Origin: Octopus sinensis
Taxonomy: Eukaryota
Direction: 5' to 3'
DNA: 64,000 nt
NCBI RefSeq assembly: GCF_006345805.1
Contig: NC_042999.1
Location: forward strand, 95,914,001 to 95,978,000
The notes under the pieces were generated by a model that saw only the letters and a program-made list of their open reading frames with translations, did no database searches and had not been told where the DNA came from. A program made the translations under genes and the position numbers. Positions 51,181 to 63,830 of this stretch are shown piece after piece; the stretch's first letter is position 1; each line of letters opens with the position of its first letter.

Positions 51181-51344
51181 ATATTATGTATATGTATATA
51201 GGTATATATATTTATGTATATATATATATTATGTATATGTATATAGGTATATAAAAGAAATCTATTCCTCCATTTTCTTATTTTATATAGGTATATATAT
51301 ATTTATGTATATATATATATATAAATTATGTATATGTATATAGG

Positions 51345-51375
<31 letters not shown>

Positions 51376-51379
51376 ACTT

Positions 51380-51581
51380 TTTACTTGTTTCAGTCATCTG
51401 ACTGTGGCCATGCTGGAGCAAATCGACCCCGGGATTTATTCTTTGTAAGCCCAGTACTTATTCTATCGGTCTCTTTTGCTAAGCCGCTAAGTGACAGGGA
51501 CGTAAACACACCAGCATCGGTTGTCAAGCAATGCTAGGGGGACAAACACAGACACACAAACATATACACACACATACATAC

Positions 51582-51627
<46 letters not shown>

Positions 51628-51790
51628 TACGACAGGCTTCTTTCAGTTTCCGTCTACCAAATCCACTCACAAAGCATTGGTCGGCCCGAGGCTATAGCAG
51701 AAGACACATGCCCAAGATGCCATGCAGTGGGACAGAACCTGGAACCATGTGGTTGGTAAGCAAGCTACTTACCACACAGCCACTCCTGCA
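51380..51790 (-). mobile_element. SINE, same family as 47480
   Basis: Colinear head, body and gactgtggccatgctggagca tail. Confidence 0.88.
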
Positions 51791-51821
51791 TCTATATATA
51801 TAATATATATATATATATATA

Positions 51822-52330
51822 TGATGACGTCTCGTTCTGCTGGACTAGCCACCTAACAGGATACAGTCATGGGTCAGATCTAATTCGTCAAAAAAATGAT
51901 GACATATTTCTTCCGTGGCCAAACTGTCGTTCCACTTGGTTGATTTCCTAACAGGATACAGTTAGGAGTCTTTTCACTATATTCGTTGAGACTGGGTTTT
52001 GATTGATTTGGAACTATATGACGTCAGCTTAGCTGAGCTGATATAAATCCGCGAGCAGACACCACCCATAAATCATTACTGTTCCTCCCATTGGAACACA
52101 AGGTAAAATCTAAAATGAACTCCTCGCCTTTTCAAGAACATGAATTTTTTATATTTGACTCTATTGAATATATGTCACAATTATGAACTATTACATCATA
52201 CTCTTTAAACATATAGCATGGACTCCCTTTATTATATATAATTTTTTTTGATAAGGTTCGTCATTTCAAGAACCGAAACATGTTAAAATTAAAATTTGTC
52301 TAATATAGCAGCATTTTCAAACTTCATTTT
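51822..52330 (+). mobile_element. ~500-bp unclassified element between (TA)n arrays, ending in a hammerhead-like motif
   Basis: Internal direct repeat cctaacaggatacagt (x2). 52248-52289 reads UUGAUAA-GGUUC..GAACC-GAAA-CAUG-UU-AAAAU. Confidence 0.5.
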
Positions 52331-52335
52331 TTACA

Positions 52336-52339
<4 letters not shown>

Positions 52340-52398
<59 letters not shown>

Positions 52399-52448
52399 AT
52401 ATATATACATATTATGATATATGATATATATATATATATAGATATATA

Positions 52449-52494
<46 letters not shown>

Positions 52495-52571
52495 TGTATA
52501 TATGATTATATATATATATGATATAATATATATATATATATATTATGTATATATGATTATATATATATATA

Positions 52572-52608
<37 letters not shown>

Positions 52609-52676
52609 GTATATATGATTATATATATATATATGATATATATATATATAATATATATACATATTATGTATATATG

Positions 52677-52723
<47 letters not shown>

Positions 52724-52804
52724 TATACATATTATGTATATATGATTATATATATATATAATATATAATATATATATATAATATATACATATTATGTATA
52801 TATG

Positions 52805-52850
<46 letters not shown>

Positions 52851-52941
52851 CATATTATGTATATATGATTATATAATATATATATTATATATTATATATG
52901 ATATATAATATATATATATTATTATGTATATATATATATTA

Positions 52942-52974
<33 letters not shown>

Positions 52975-53010
52975 ATACATATTATGTATATATGATTATA
53001 TATATATATA

Positions 53011-53045
<35 letters not shown>

Positions 53046-53116
53046 TATTATGTATATATATTATATATATAATATATAATATATATATATATTATATATA
53101 TATATTATATACATAT

Positions 53117-53157
<41 letters not shown>

Positions 53158-53193
53158 TATATATATTATATATATATATACATATTATATATG

Positions 53194-53224
<31 letters not shown>

Positions 53225-53450
53225 TATATATATATAATATATAATATATATATTATATTATATATATATGATATATATATATACTATTATGTATATATGA
53301 TATATATATATATACATATTATATATGATATAATATATATATATATATGATATATATATATACATATTATGTATATATATTATATATAATATATATGTAT
53401 ATATGATATATATATATATATATCTATGTGTATATATATATATATATATC

Positions 53451-53495
<45 letters not shown>

Positions 53496-53500
53496 GTATG
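52340..53500. repeat. ~1.15-kb structured (TA)n array
   Basis: Recurrent landmark catattatgtatatatgatta separated by variable (TA)n runs. Confidence 0.95.
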
Positions 53501-53504
53501 AAAT

Positions 53505-53655
53505 GGGTTTCTTTTAGTTTCCATCTACCAAATGCACTCAGAAGGCTTTGGTCTGCCCTAGGCTATAATAGAAGACATTTTCCCTAAGACATCATGCTGT
53601 GGGACTGAACCCAGAACCATGTCGTTGAGAAGCAAACTTCTAATCACACAGCTGG
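53505..53655 (-). mobile_element. SINE head/core (47480 family)
   Basis: gtttccatctaccaaat..ggctttggtc..gtgggactgaacccagaaccatgt..cacacagc. Confidence 0.8.
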
Positions 53656-53669
53656 CACTCTGAACTTTA

Positions 53670-54030
53670 CAGGGCCTCTCGTAAAGGAACAATTGGAACT
53701 TTAATCAATTGTGAACTTTCGATATGTATTATATGTGACTGTGTTCTACTGTCAATAACAGGATACATGAACCATACAGAGTGACATGAAAATCGTAATG
53801 CCCAGATGAGTAATGATTTTGGACACCAACTACCTCTTACGTGTTGTGTCATATGTCAAGAAACTTGTGAGACAATATCTGGACTTAAAACTTCAGAATC
53901 AGATTCCAAAGGGCAAAGATATAGAAGAAACTTGAATAATATGTCACCTGTGTTTCAAACCTTGCCAGTCAGCAGCTAGTCTTAGAAGTCATATGTTATG
54001 CACAACTGTTTTCTTGTCTCCTGACAATAG
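53670..54030 (+). mobile_element. Decayed RTE-like C-terminus with two C2HC/C2H2-like fingers
   Basis: CVICQETCETISGLKT and CHLCFKPCQSAASLRSHM, in different frames. Confidence 0.6.
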
Positions 54031-54048
54031 GCTTGTCCTTTTTCTCAA

Positions 54049-54247
54049 CCCTTTTGTTACCAACCCAACTGAAACTGGCTCTGAGTACAAATGTCTTGTT
54101 TTCATAAGTTTTGAATTAAAATCTTCCACCAAACCTAAGTCATACTAGCTGAATAATAAACTAAGTTGTTTTACTAAATTCTTTGTTATATTTAAAGGAA
54201 TTGAAAGAAACACAGAGCATCTCAAAATAAATACAGTAACAAAAGGG
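54049..54247. mobile_element. 199-bp piggyBac-type MITE
   Basis: Perfect 12-bp TIR CCCTTTTGTTAC / GTAACAAAAGGG, flanked by TCAA and TTAA. Confidence 0.88.
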
Positions 54248-54405
54248 TTAATAGCCTACCACAACTAGAGAATTCATTTCCTGAGATTATCTCCCCATCT
54301 CATATAGTGCTAGTCTCATTTGTCATTTGGTGATTGTGACACATCCTTTGAAACAGAGATAACTTTCATAAATAAATTTATGTTGTACAATACAGAGATC
54401 TCTTA

Positions 54406-55166
54406 CCGTCTACGCTGGTATGGACACGTAGTAAGAATGGATGAAGATAGTTGTGTGAAAAAGTGCCACACCCTAGCGGTTGAGGGAACCTGTGGAAGAG
54501 GTAGACCCAGGAAAACCTGGGACGAGGTGGTGAAGAACGATCTTCGCGCTTTGGGTCTCACCGAGGAAATGACCAGAGACCGAGACCTTTGGAAGTATGC
54601 TGTGCGCGAGAAGACCCGGCAGGACACATGAGGCCATAACCCATGGCCCCTACCTGCGACGTAGTCAGTTCACCTGTGCATACCTTTCTTCTTGGGACAC
54701 ATAACTCTACTTGTGAAGACCTGTTGAGGCAAGTGAAAATCAAATCAAATCAAAATCGATGAACATCAATGGAATTTGTATTTTTGTGGTACCAGTGCCG
54801 GTGGCACATAAGAAAACAATCCGAACGTGGCCGTAGCCAGTACCGCATCGACTGACCTCCGTGCTGTGGGCACGTAACAAACACCATCCGATCGTGGCCG
54901 TGCCAGCCTTGCCTGGCCTCTGTGCCGGTGGCACATAAAAAACACCATCCGAGCGTGGCCGTTCGCCAGCCTCGTCTGGCACCTGTGTCGGTGGCACATA
55001 AAAAGTACCCACTACACTCACGGAGTGGTTGGCGTTAGGAAGGGCATCCAGCTGTAGAAACTCTGCCAGATCTGACTGGCCTGGTGCAGCCTTCGGGCTT
55101 CCCAGACCCCAGTTGAACTGTCCAACCCATGTTAGCATGGAAAGCGGATGTTAAACGATGATGATG
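54406..55166 (+). mobile_element. 3' end of the RTE family of 48858
   Basis: RLRWYGHVVRMDEDSCVKKCHTLAVEGTCGRGRPRKTW..AVREKTRQDT*, then the 3' UTR and (GAT)n. Confidence 0.95.
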
Positions 55167-55333
55167 AGTACTTGATATACGTGTATTTGTCTGTTATTCA
55201 TGTACATCTCTCTGACCACTTTAAGTTATTTCTCATAACTTTTCTGTTTCTTTGATTTATGCATATGCCAAAGTCCTTGACTATAGGAGACAATATAGGT
55301 CATTTATCATGCTAATGATATCTGTTATATATA

Positions 55334-55516
55334 TGAGGGATGCTGAAAAGTTTCTGGCTTTGGTAAAAGAAAATACAGGACAATCAGTTAATTCACAAAC
55401 TTCTTGCAGTGATCCTTCAGTTTTTCTAAGCGCTGTAAAAGAACATGGGAACATTAGGCTTCCAACCAGGCCTTTTGTGATACCCTTAAAGCCAGGAATT
55501 TTTCAAGATTCCCTCA
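55334..55516. mobile_element. ~185-bp mariner-type MITE
   Basis: tgagggatgctgaaaagtttctggcttt ... aaagccaggaatttttcaagattccctca; TA on the left. Confidence 0.8.
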
Positions 55517-57449
55517 TGAGTGTGTATATATAACTGTACACCAGCCCATATATATTGGCAGATATGGCTATGTGGTTTCAAATTCTTCCTCCCTGCAGAG
55601 CACTTTGTGCATTGCTCTTTCTTGAGTGGCATCCAGTTGTGAATCAGTGCCTCAATAATATTTATATCTTTTATATCTACATTTTGCTAAACACTGATCA
55701 AATGATTTAATATGTTTATAATTTTTCAACAAGCAACTATGTAATCCTGGCAATTAATTTGATGAAATATGTGAAGTTTATAAAGCATAAAATACCCAGC
55801 ATTAATACTACATACATACATACATACGCACATTTTGTTTATATTTCAGTTGAAATTTTCCACTGTAGTTACAAAATAATGAGTTTTTAATATTGAAGAT
55901 AACATAAACTGGGCCTAAGGATTTAAATAAGCTATAAATTATATCAGTAAGAATATCCTTTAAGATATGAAAGTAAATTTTCATTTTACTTAATAGTATT
56001 CTTACACATATAGACGTTATTCAAAAATTGATTTCTGCACAATAGTTACAATCAAATATATAAAAATATATTCCCATTTCAATTTTACTCTGTACGATTA
56101 AAGAATCAATTTTAAACCAGGATGCCTTCATCCTTGAAACCTTTAATTGGCATAAACATTTAGCAGTATTTGTCCATATTAATTCTGGATTATCTGTGTA
56201 TACATGGACACATGTATATCTACACATTTTAAATCAAGATGTTCTATCAAATTTGTGATTCTCAGAAGTATTATGTATCATATGTGATAATTCTATTATA
56301 TGTTGAATATTCTGTACATTTAATTATTCTACTTTTCATTGATGCTTAATTTTAAATAATTTCATTTGGAAAGTTTCACCATTTTGAAATAATGTAATAA
56401 TTTTTGGTTGCTTCTTTAACAGAGACTTGATTCACTTTTCTGCTTTGTTAGAGTAAATTTCATTTCCATCTTTAAATACAACAATTGCATGAATACCTGA
56501 TGTATATTTAATTTTTTACAGCTATGTAGCTACACCAATATACCATTGTGCTATTATCACTGCTATTTATCCTTCCATTGTCATTTATCATTTTTCCATG
56601 ACACCCTGTCTTTTTCTGCATGCTACCTATCCTGTCTTTCTCTAAACATGTCCATATATTTTATCATTTTCAAATTAGTTGTACTGCAGTGAAGGTAATT
56701 AGAAGTATTCATTTGATTATTAATCAATAATTATAAGTTTGTAATACACCTACATACACACATGCACCTGCTCTTCTCTCTTGCAGAGACATATGCATGT
56801 GCTCATACATTAGATCCTCTCCTGTTCAAACACACATGGTCTCAAACACACTCACTCACACTAAAGTGCTTTCAGTGAGCTTTCCTTTCTGGGAAGTAAG
56901 TGAAATCTAACAGTTCAACCAGGCATGTCAAATATACCATCTTCTCTTCAGTAGCTTCCTGTTGTAATTACATCTCTCTCCTCTCCAATGTATCAATAGT
57001 TTCTAGTGTTGCATATGTTGCATACATCCATCTCTCTCTCTCTCTCTCTCTCATACACATATTTTAGAAATATCTTCAGAAAACATTGTAAGAATTCTAT
57101 AAATGATGCCAGATATGAAAGTCATGATCAATATTTTTTTCTTAAATGTTTAAATTTAAATACAGATAACAGCTTTATATTGATATACATGACAAATGGA
57201 CAACTACACATTCATTTCTTTAATTCTCTTCCCTTTATCAGTAGTCACCTGTATACTTTCTGTGGAAGCAGACTTACCAGTAATATGCTCTTCTGTATGC
57301 ATTCATTGTCTCTCACTTTCACTTTCAAATAATTTGCCAAAAGTGATGTTATTGTCCTTAACTTCTTCAAAACATTTAACATCTATCTAAGTTGCCTGCT
57401 TTATAGGCTCCATCTGTCTTAGATTTTGAATCTGAAATTTCCTCTTGCA

Positions 57450-58200
57450 CTACTTTATTGCAGCAAATACTGATGTGGACCTACCAAAATGACATTCTGT
57501 CATATGGAGTATCTCAGAATATAAGTATGTCTTCCATACTTCTATACATTAATAACTTATTTGCTATAGCTTCTATATCTAAACTCCCCTATGAAAATGG
57601 TACTAACCTTTGTTTCTCCTTATACTTTTGCACATTTGTCTCATCCATATGTAGCTTATACACATCATACCAAACGACAGTGCTTGCTTCCACAAACCTA
57701 AGAAACACTATCCAAACTGGACATTACAAATTTATCTTCATCACCAGCACGAAGACACAATCACTACACATACCATTTCTATTTATGATAAACACATAGA
57801 GAAAACTCTCAAAGTAGATATAAATGTGTGTCTCCCAAATCTCTAATAATCTAATGTAACAACTGTACCTAAAATAATAGGCTTACTCTTCAGGCCAGAA
57901 AATATTTAAGTTGTAGTTGATCCACTACAAAATTTAACCGTGATCCCAGATTTCTTTGGAGTGTTGGTTACTTGCTGCTGCTATACACACAAACAGCCTA
58001 GACTGTATGAAAATCTGGCTGCTTGTTAAGGATTCAATATCCAATAACTACTTGAGAACTGAAATTTTTTATTGTGTCTCTTCTCCCAACAATACATCAC
58101 CTATTTCTTTGAACCAGCTAGTTCCATACCACCTTCACCTGAACCCACATTTCTGTTGTTTCTCCCCTCAAACTTTGAACTAAATTCTTCACCCAATCAT
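57450..58200 (+). mobile_element. Highly decayed CR1/Jockey-type RT relic
   Basis: SYGVSQNISMSSILLYINNL..PYENGTNL (cf. GVPQGS.LGP.LF..YINDL..YADDT), followed by TSTKTQSLH. Confidence 0.6.
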
Positions 58201-58364
58201 TGATTCTCAGAACTTCAGCCTTAAGGAATTCATTCCCTATTCCAGATTTCCCTATGCAGATGTTTTCACCACCAATGAGTAAATATTATGCTGGATATAT
58301 ACCATTTCTTCTTTTCAAGTACATACACGGTGCACATACATATTTACATATTTGTATAGAGGTA

Positions 58365-58685
58365 TGAAAGTGCATGGCTTAGAGGTCAAGGTATTCAGCT
58401 TACAATCATACGGTCATGAGTTCAATTCCCAGCAACATTGTACCCTTAAGCAAAACACTTTATATCATGTTGCTCTAGTCCACTCATCTAGCAAACATGA
58501 GTAGTACCTGTATTTCAAAGGGCCAGCCTTGTTACACTGTGTGTCATAATGAATATCTTTGAGAACTACGTTGAGGGTGCACATGTCTGTGGAGTGCTCA
58601 GCCACTTGCATGTTAATTTCTTGAGCTGGCTGTTCCATTGATCAATCAACTGGCACCCCCATCATCATAACTGATGGTGTGCCAA
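58365..58685 (+). mobile_element. CpG-decayed copy of the 36939 SINE
   Basis: Colinear over its whole length, with CpG>TpG/CpA substitutions. Confidence 0.9.
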
Positions 58686-60499
58686 TACAGAGAGGCATAT
58701 CAACTTTGAATTATCAATGTAGCAAAGGCTAATGGTTGTAAGTTGTTTTCTACAAAACCTCTTCATTTCATATTAATTTTGGACAAATGCCTAAATTGGC
58801 TGGTTTGTGATGTGATTACTGAGAAATGTGGTTAAATATGCAGTTTTGAGAGAATTTCTTGATGATTTGTTGAATTTGAGTAGTTTCTCAACTAGTGTAG
58901 CTTATAGATTGTCATTTGATTTGCTTCTTTTTGTAGCATTTTGCTGTACTAGCATCAAAAATATAAACATTATTGTCAAAAGCGAATTTGTTTCATTCTA
59001 TGATATCAACAGCCATATTAAATTTTTTTCTTGAAGATTCTGTATTTCCAATTTACAATATTTTTCTTTTCTTTTCTATTTCTCCCTTGAAAATTTTCCC
59101 TAAATTCTTCTTTTTGTTGAAATATATATCGCTTACTTCTGTTACATGTAGTCTTAACTTATCTATTTCTGTCTGTTTCTTCATTTTATTTCATCTCTAA
59201 CACCTGCAAGTCTTTTCACGATTTTAGCAAGTTCTAATCTTTCTTGCTCTACTCATTTTTTTCTTTTCTTCTTTTTTTCCTAACTGTAAACTCTGAATAA
59301 TCTTTCCCTCTAGTTCTTGACTTTAATGTCTCCTCTTACATTGACATTCATGTATAGAAAACAGCAGTTGATCTCTTGGGTGGGTGGGGTCAATTGCTAT
59401 TTGCAGAAGACAATATTATCCTTTCTTTTTCCATGTTAACTTGAACTTTTGAAGATGAGCGTCTTTAATTCAGAATTTCTGAACAATAAGCTAACTTTGC
59501 CATACAATACTGCATTAACTAACTGATAGCTGGTGGCACGATAACAATTCATATAATTTAACAGATGTATCATTATAAGCAATTTAAATGGACTTGTTCA
59601 CTCAAAGAAAACTGGCTTAAACTCAACTCCTGGGAAATATTAATTTAGTCCCTGATTATACATTAGTTCACATCCTTCAAGTACCTCTTTATTTTCAATG
59701 ACTGTTGCTATGTTCAATAGATCACAAGACAAATGATCTTAGTGTAAAATATCCTGTAATTGATTCTAGTTGATTTTTCCCATTGATGTTATTCTTTAAA
59801 GTAGTTCCCCTTTATGGGTAAAACTCTTGGCTTGAAATGATTATGTCTATTATTTTCATAGTGCCATAGATTGAATAATTCTAAAACTTTATATAGTATC
59901 TGTGTGACTCATTGGAGCAACAGTTCCCTAATGATACATTTTCTATTGCTAAACATTACCCCTTTTCTAATGAAATGCACTGACTGTTTCAGTTAATTTT
60001 GAAATTTAGGTGTGATTTAGTAAAATAATTTACAATTTAATTAATAAACTAATCTATGAAACTAATCTTATAAAGCTCTAATATTATTTTTCTTCCATCA
60101 TAAGCAATGAACTTATTGGATATATTGTATACAATTCTGTGTTACAAACTTTTGATGGAAAAAAGATTTTAATTTTCGATATGAACAATTTAAAACAAAA
60201 TTATGTATCATAAAACTAGAAACAGCTAGTTAGTCAACTAAGGTATATAGAATAGGGAGATTTTAACTTGTGGCTTTAAATCATTTAATTCAATAAAATT
60301 GTGTTATTTGATAAATTGTAAAATGCTTATAAATATGAAACACAGTAAGTTATAAAGGCTACAAATTAAAAGGTGAGAAATATTTTCCTAAGAAAAGTAT
60401 TAATTTGCACTCCATTTTTTAATTTTTTTTTTTATTTAACTATTAAAAATGTGGATGTGGAGTATCTTTGATTTGCCAAAAATGGCTCACAATGATAAA

Positions 60500-60745
60500 A
60501 TATTCTTTTCTGCTCTAGACACAAGGCCTGACATTTTGGGGGAGGGTGCCAGTCGATTAGATTGACCCCTGTATGCAACTGATACTTGAGCACTGTATAC
60601 AATAATTTCATTATATATAACCCCAAAAGGATGAAACGCAAAGTCGACCTCGGCAGAATTTGAACGCAGAACATAAAGACAGATGAAATACCGCTAAGTA
60701 TTTCACACGGCATGCAAATGTTTCCACCAGCTCGCCACCTTAACA
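60500..60745 (-). mobile_element. SINE of the 32312 family
   Basis: ccccaaaaggatgaaacgcaaagtcgacctcggcagaatttgaacgcagaac..ccagctcgcc. Confidence 0.85.
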
Positions 60746-63699
60746 GTGCTAAAATATTGGGAACCACTAATCTATTGTGTACCCTACTATGTATAATGCC
60801 TGCTGTAGTAGAAGTGTTGGCGTGCTAACTTCTTTCTCTCCACATGCAATACTTTACAAATATTTCATTTCCCTTCTTGGAAAATGTTATACTGAACAAA
60901 ATAATCTACAGCATAAGTGGATAGTCACTTTACCTGTACTTATCTTGATTTGGAATAGAATTATATTTCTGCTTGTCATAATTTACAATAGAATAGTGAT
61001 ATATAATAATTTAATAATTTATTAAATTGTTTAATTTACTTTTGTATACATGAGGATTTACAACATCTGTGTTTCTAAAGCTAATCCTTTTTTTTTTTTT
61101 TTGATAAATGTTTGGAAGGCTGAGTCAACAGAATATCAGACATACTTGAGAAGTTAATCTTGTTACCAGTATTGTTTATGTTTGTTGACAATGCACTTAT
61201 ATTTCAAGTGACCCAAACTACAGAACAAGAACAGCTTACTACTCCAAGCACTGTAAAATTGACAAATTGTTTGTTAGCTTGCTGTAGTGAGTTCAACTGT
61301 GCTTGTGAGTCAGAGGAATTAACATTCATACTAGGTTTTTGACTAGAGTTTTTCAGTTGTCTTGAACATTCTCACCCAGATTCAAATTATGGGTTTCATT
61401 ACAGACAGTATACGATGGGTTGTGAATAACAGTCCATTTTATGCTTAAGTAATATATGTATATGTGGGTATATTCCTCAACTGTAAGGGACAATAGTGAC
61501 TTTTGTCTGTATTTGCTGATGAAATTCCTGCTCAGTAAAGAACTGTGATATGTTTTAATGTATAATAGAAGGTATCAAACCTAAAAACTTAACACGAACA
61601 ACGTTGACTCTCAGATTATATTATCTTATAAATAACTGGTCACTGACCAACAACCAGCATCTACAGAAGAGCTGAGTACTGCAAAAATAAGGATATTGAT
61701 AGCTCTGATATGTATTTCAGCAGTAATATTGATCAGAGTTTTTCTTTTCATATTTCATAAGCTAAAATATCAGAATTGAGATTTATTATTATTTTCTGCT
61801 TTCAGTGTTATTATTTATGATTTCTTCTGCTATCATCATCATCGTCTCTCAATAATTATAATTATTATGCATTTGGCTTTTATTTTTCTTGCAAATGTTT
61901 TATTTTTCAAATTCAGAGCAAAGCATTGAACTTTGTTTTATTTTGATTTTGGGATATTCATATGGCTTTTTGTTCTTCAACCAATGAAATTAGATTTATT
62001 TTTAGGTTACAAAATCAATCATTCTGTGATTTCTTCATTTATTTAATCAGTCCATTCCAACTGAAAGTATCAGCATTATTGATTTCTAGAATGAGCAGTT
62101 GTACATATTTCATTCCGGTGGGTTTTTTTTTCTTTTGTCTATGTTCAAAGATCTATATTTTATGTTTAAAACACTTTTTGGATCTTGATTTATGCACTAA
62201 CCACTTGGGTTGAAAGCAGCTCATCAGATATCACCTTCACTTGCTTTCTCTCTCTCTCTTTCATTTTCAGCAGAGCTGAGCTAAACCCCCATCACTTTTG
62301 TCTATGACAGTTATCTTTTTATTGTCATCTTCAATTATATACATCTATGATAATAGCATCCCTCCTCACCTTCTATATATGTTTAATCAACAGAATATTT
62401 GTCATATCTTTTAAGCCTTTTCATTTTCTGTGAATTGAAATATGACTGTAGTGACCCAGCTATTAGTCTCTTGTTAGCCTATCACTGTTCTATAGTATTG
62501 AGCCATGAGCAATTATAGAAACATAAGCAGAAGAGATAAATATTGGACTTTACTCTCTTTTTTATGATTTTTGCATGAAGTTGATTTCACAGAAAAATGT
62601 AATAAACAGCTAATTGCAAGAGCACAGAAGACTTTTCCAGTTTATAGAATTTTACTTCAAAAAATATTCATTGTGATTTGATATGCTTTGGAAAGGCCAA
62701 ATATATGAATGGTCACTCTTTTGAATTAAAAATGTAAGGCCCACAGTCTTATGCTTATGGTGGGTTTGTGAAAGACATTTCCCAAGTTAATGGGATTCTA
62801 GTTGGATGCGGTATCATATTTTATGATGCTAACCTTTCCATGGATAAAGTCTAATAACAAAAGTGATTTGGCCAGTTAAAATAAACGTCAGGTATGTTGT
62901 GGACCGTCACTTGTAAAAATAGAAGTGAATGTCAAAAAAAATCCCAAACTTACTCTAATGCAATCGCATTTCCCATCAGATGCTCTACAAACACTTTACA
63001 CATTTGTTCTTTCCCAACCTTGCATGAATTTAACTGATCAGTAATTATGAGTACTGTGCTTCTTCCCATATTGATAGCAAGGGTTTGCTGTTCATTCTGG
63101 TTAATTCAATGTGGTGAGTAACTGTAAATGGCATACCACATAGCTATTGTTTCATAGTTCTATAAAATGAATTGAAGATGTAAAAGTCTTGAATATATTC
63201 CACTCTGCCTTCATGGTGGTAACATTTCAACAGTTTAACTGTTTAGTCTGTGAGTAGATATATTGGCTGATTATTTACATTTTGGAGTTATTCCAGATAC
63301 AAAACAAAAATTAGTATGCCAAACTTACTAATTTCATTTAGGTTGCTATCAAAGTACATCTTTATCATTATTCATAAACATATTGATTTCTAACTTTGGC
63401 ACTAGGCCACAAATTTGTAGTGAGTTTATAATGAATTGACTGAACCTCAGTACTTGGTTGGTACTTTATTTAACATTCTTGAAATGATGTGTGTGCATGT
63501 ATGTTTGTGAAATTTGTTCTTTTTCAGTTGATAATAATATTAAGCAAAGTAGATTTTATTCTTTATGCACTAGACTTTCAGTTCATACCTTATCTGTAAG
63601 GTAAAGACTCTCCAACTAGTTTAATTGATAATTAACTGAAATGTTATGGTATCCTGCTGGTAGTAAGTCTCTTGCTAATCTGTGAGTGAATTAATTGTA

Positions 63700-63830
63700 T
63701 ATTTCAACCAAGGAAGCAAGACTTAGAATTAAGAGGCTCCAGATAAATTTAGCAAAAATTAAAATTTTAGAATGTAGGAAAAGAGGCAGGGTCCTAGTAC
63801 AGTTAGCATGTTACCAAATAATGAGGGCCT
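63700..63830 (+). mobile_element. Decayed RTE RT fragment
   Basis: KRLQINLAKIKILECRK resembles KGLRINLAKTKVLIS of the RTE at ~50340. Confidence 0.5.

Noticed and set aside
28255-53500. Numerous Y/I/C/V/H/T-rich ORFs
   Set aside because: Translations of (TA)n, (TG)n and (CA)n microsatellites, which lack stop codons in some frames.
21226-61247. Four minus-strand 11-nt microexon-like sites (21226-21236, ~25459-25469, ~42873-42883, ~61237-61247)
   Set aside because: Splice-like motifs are frequent in such AT-rich DNA, and chaining them gave no convincing open frame. They need junction reads before being claimed.
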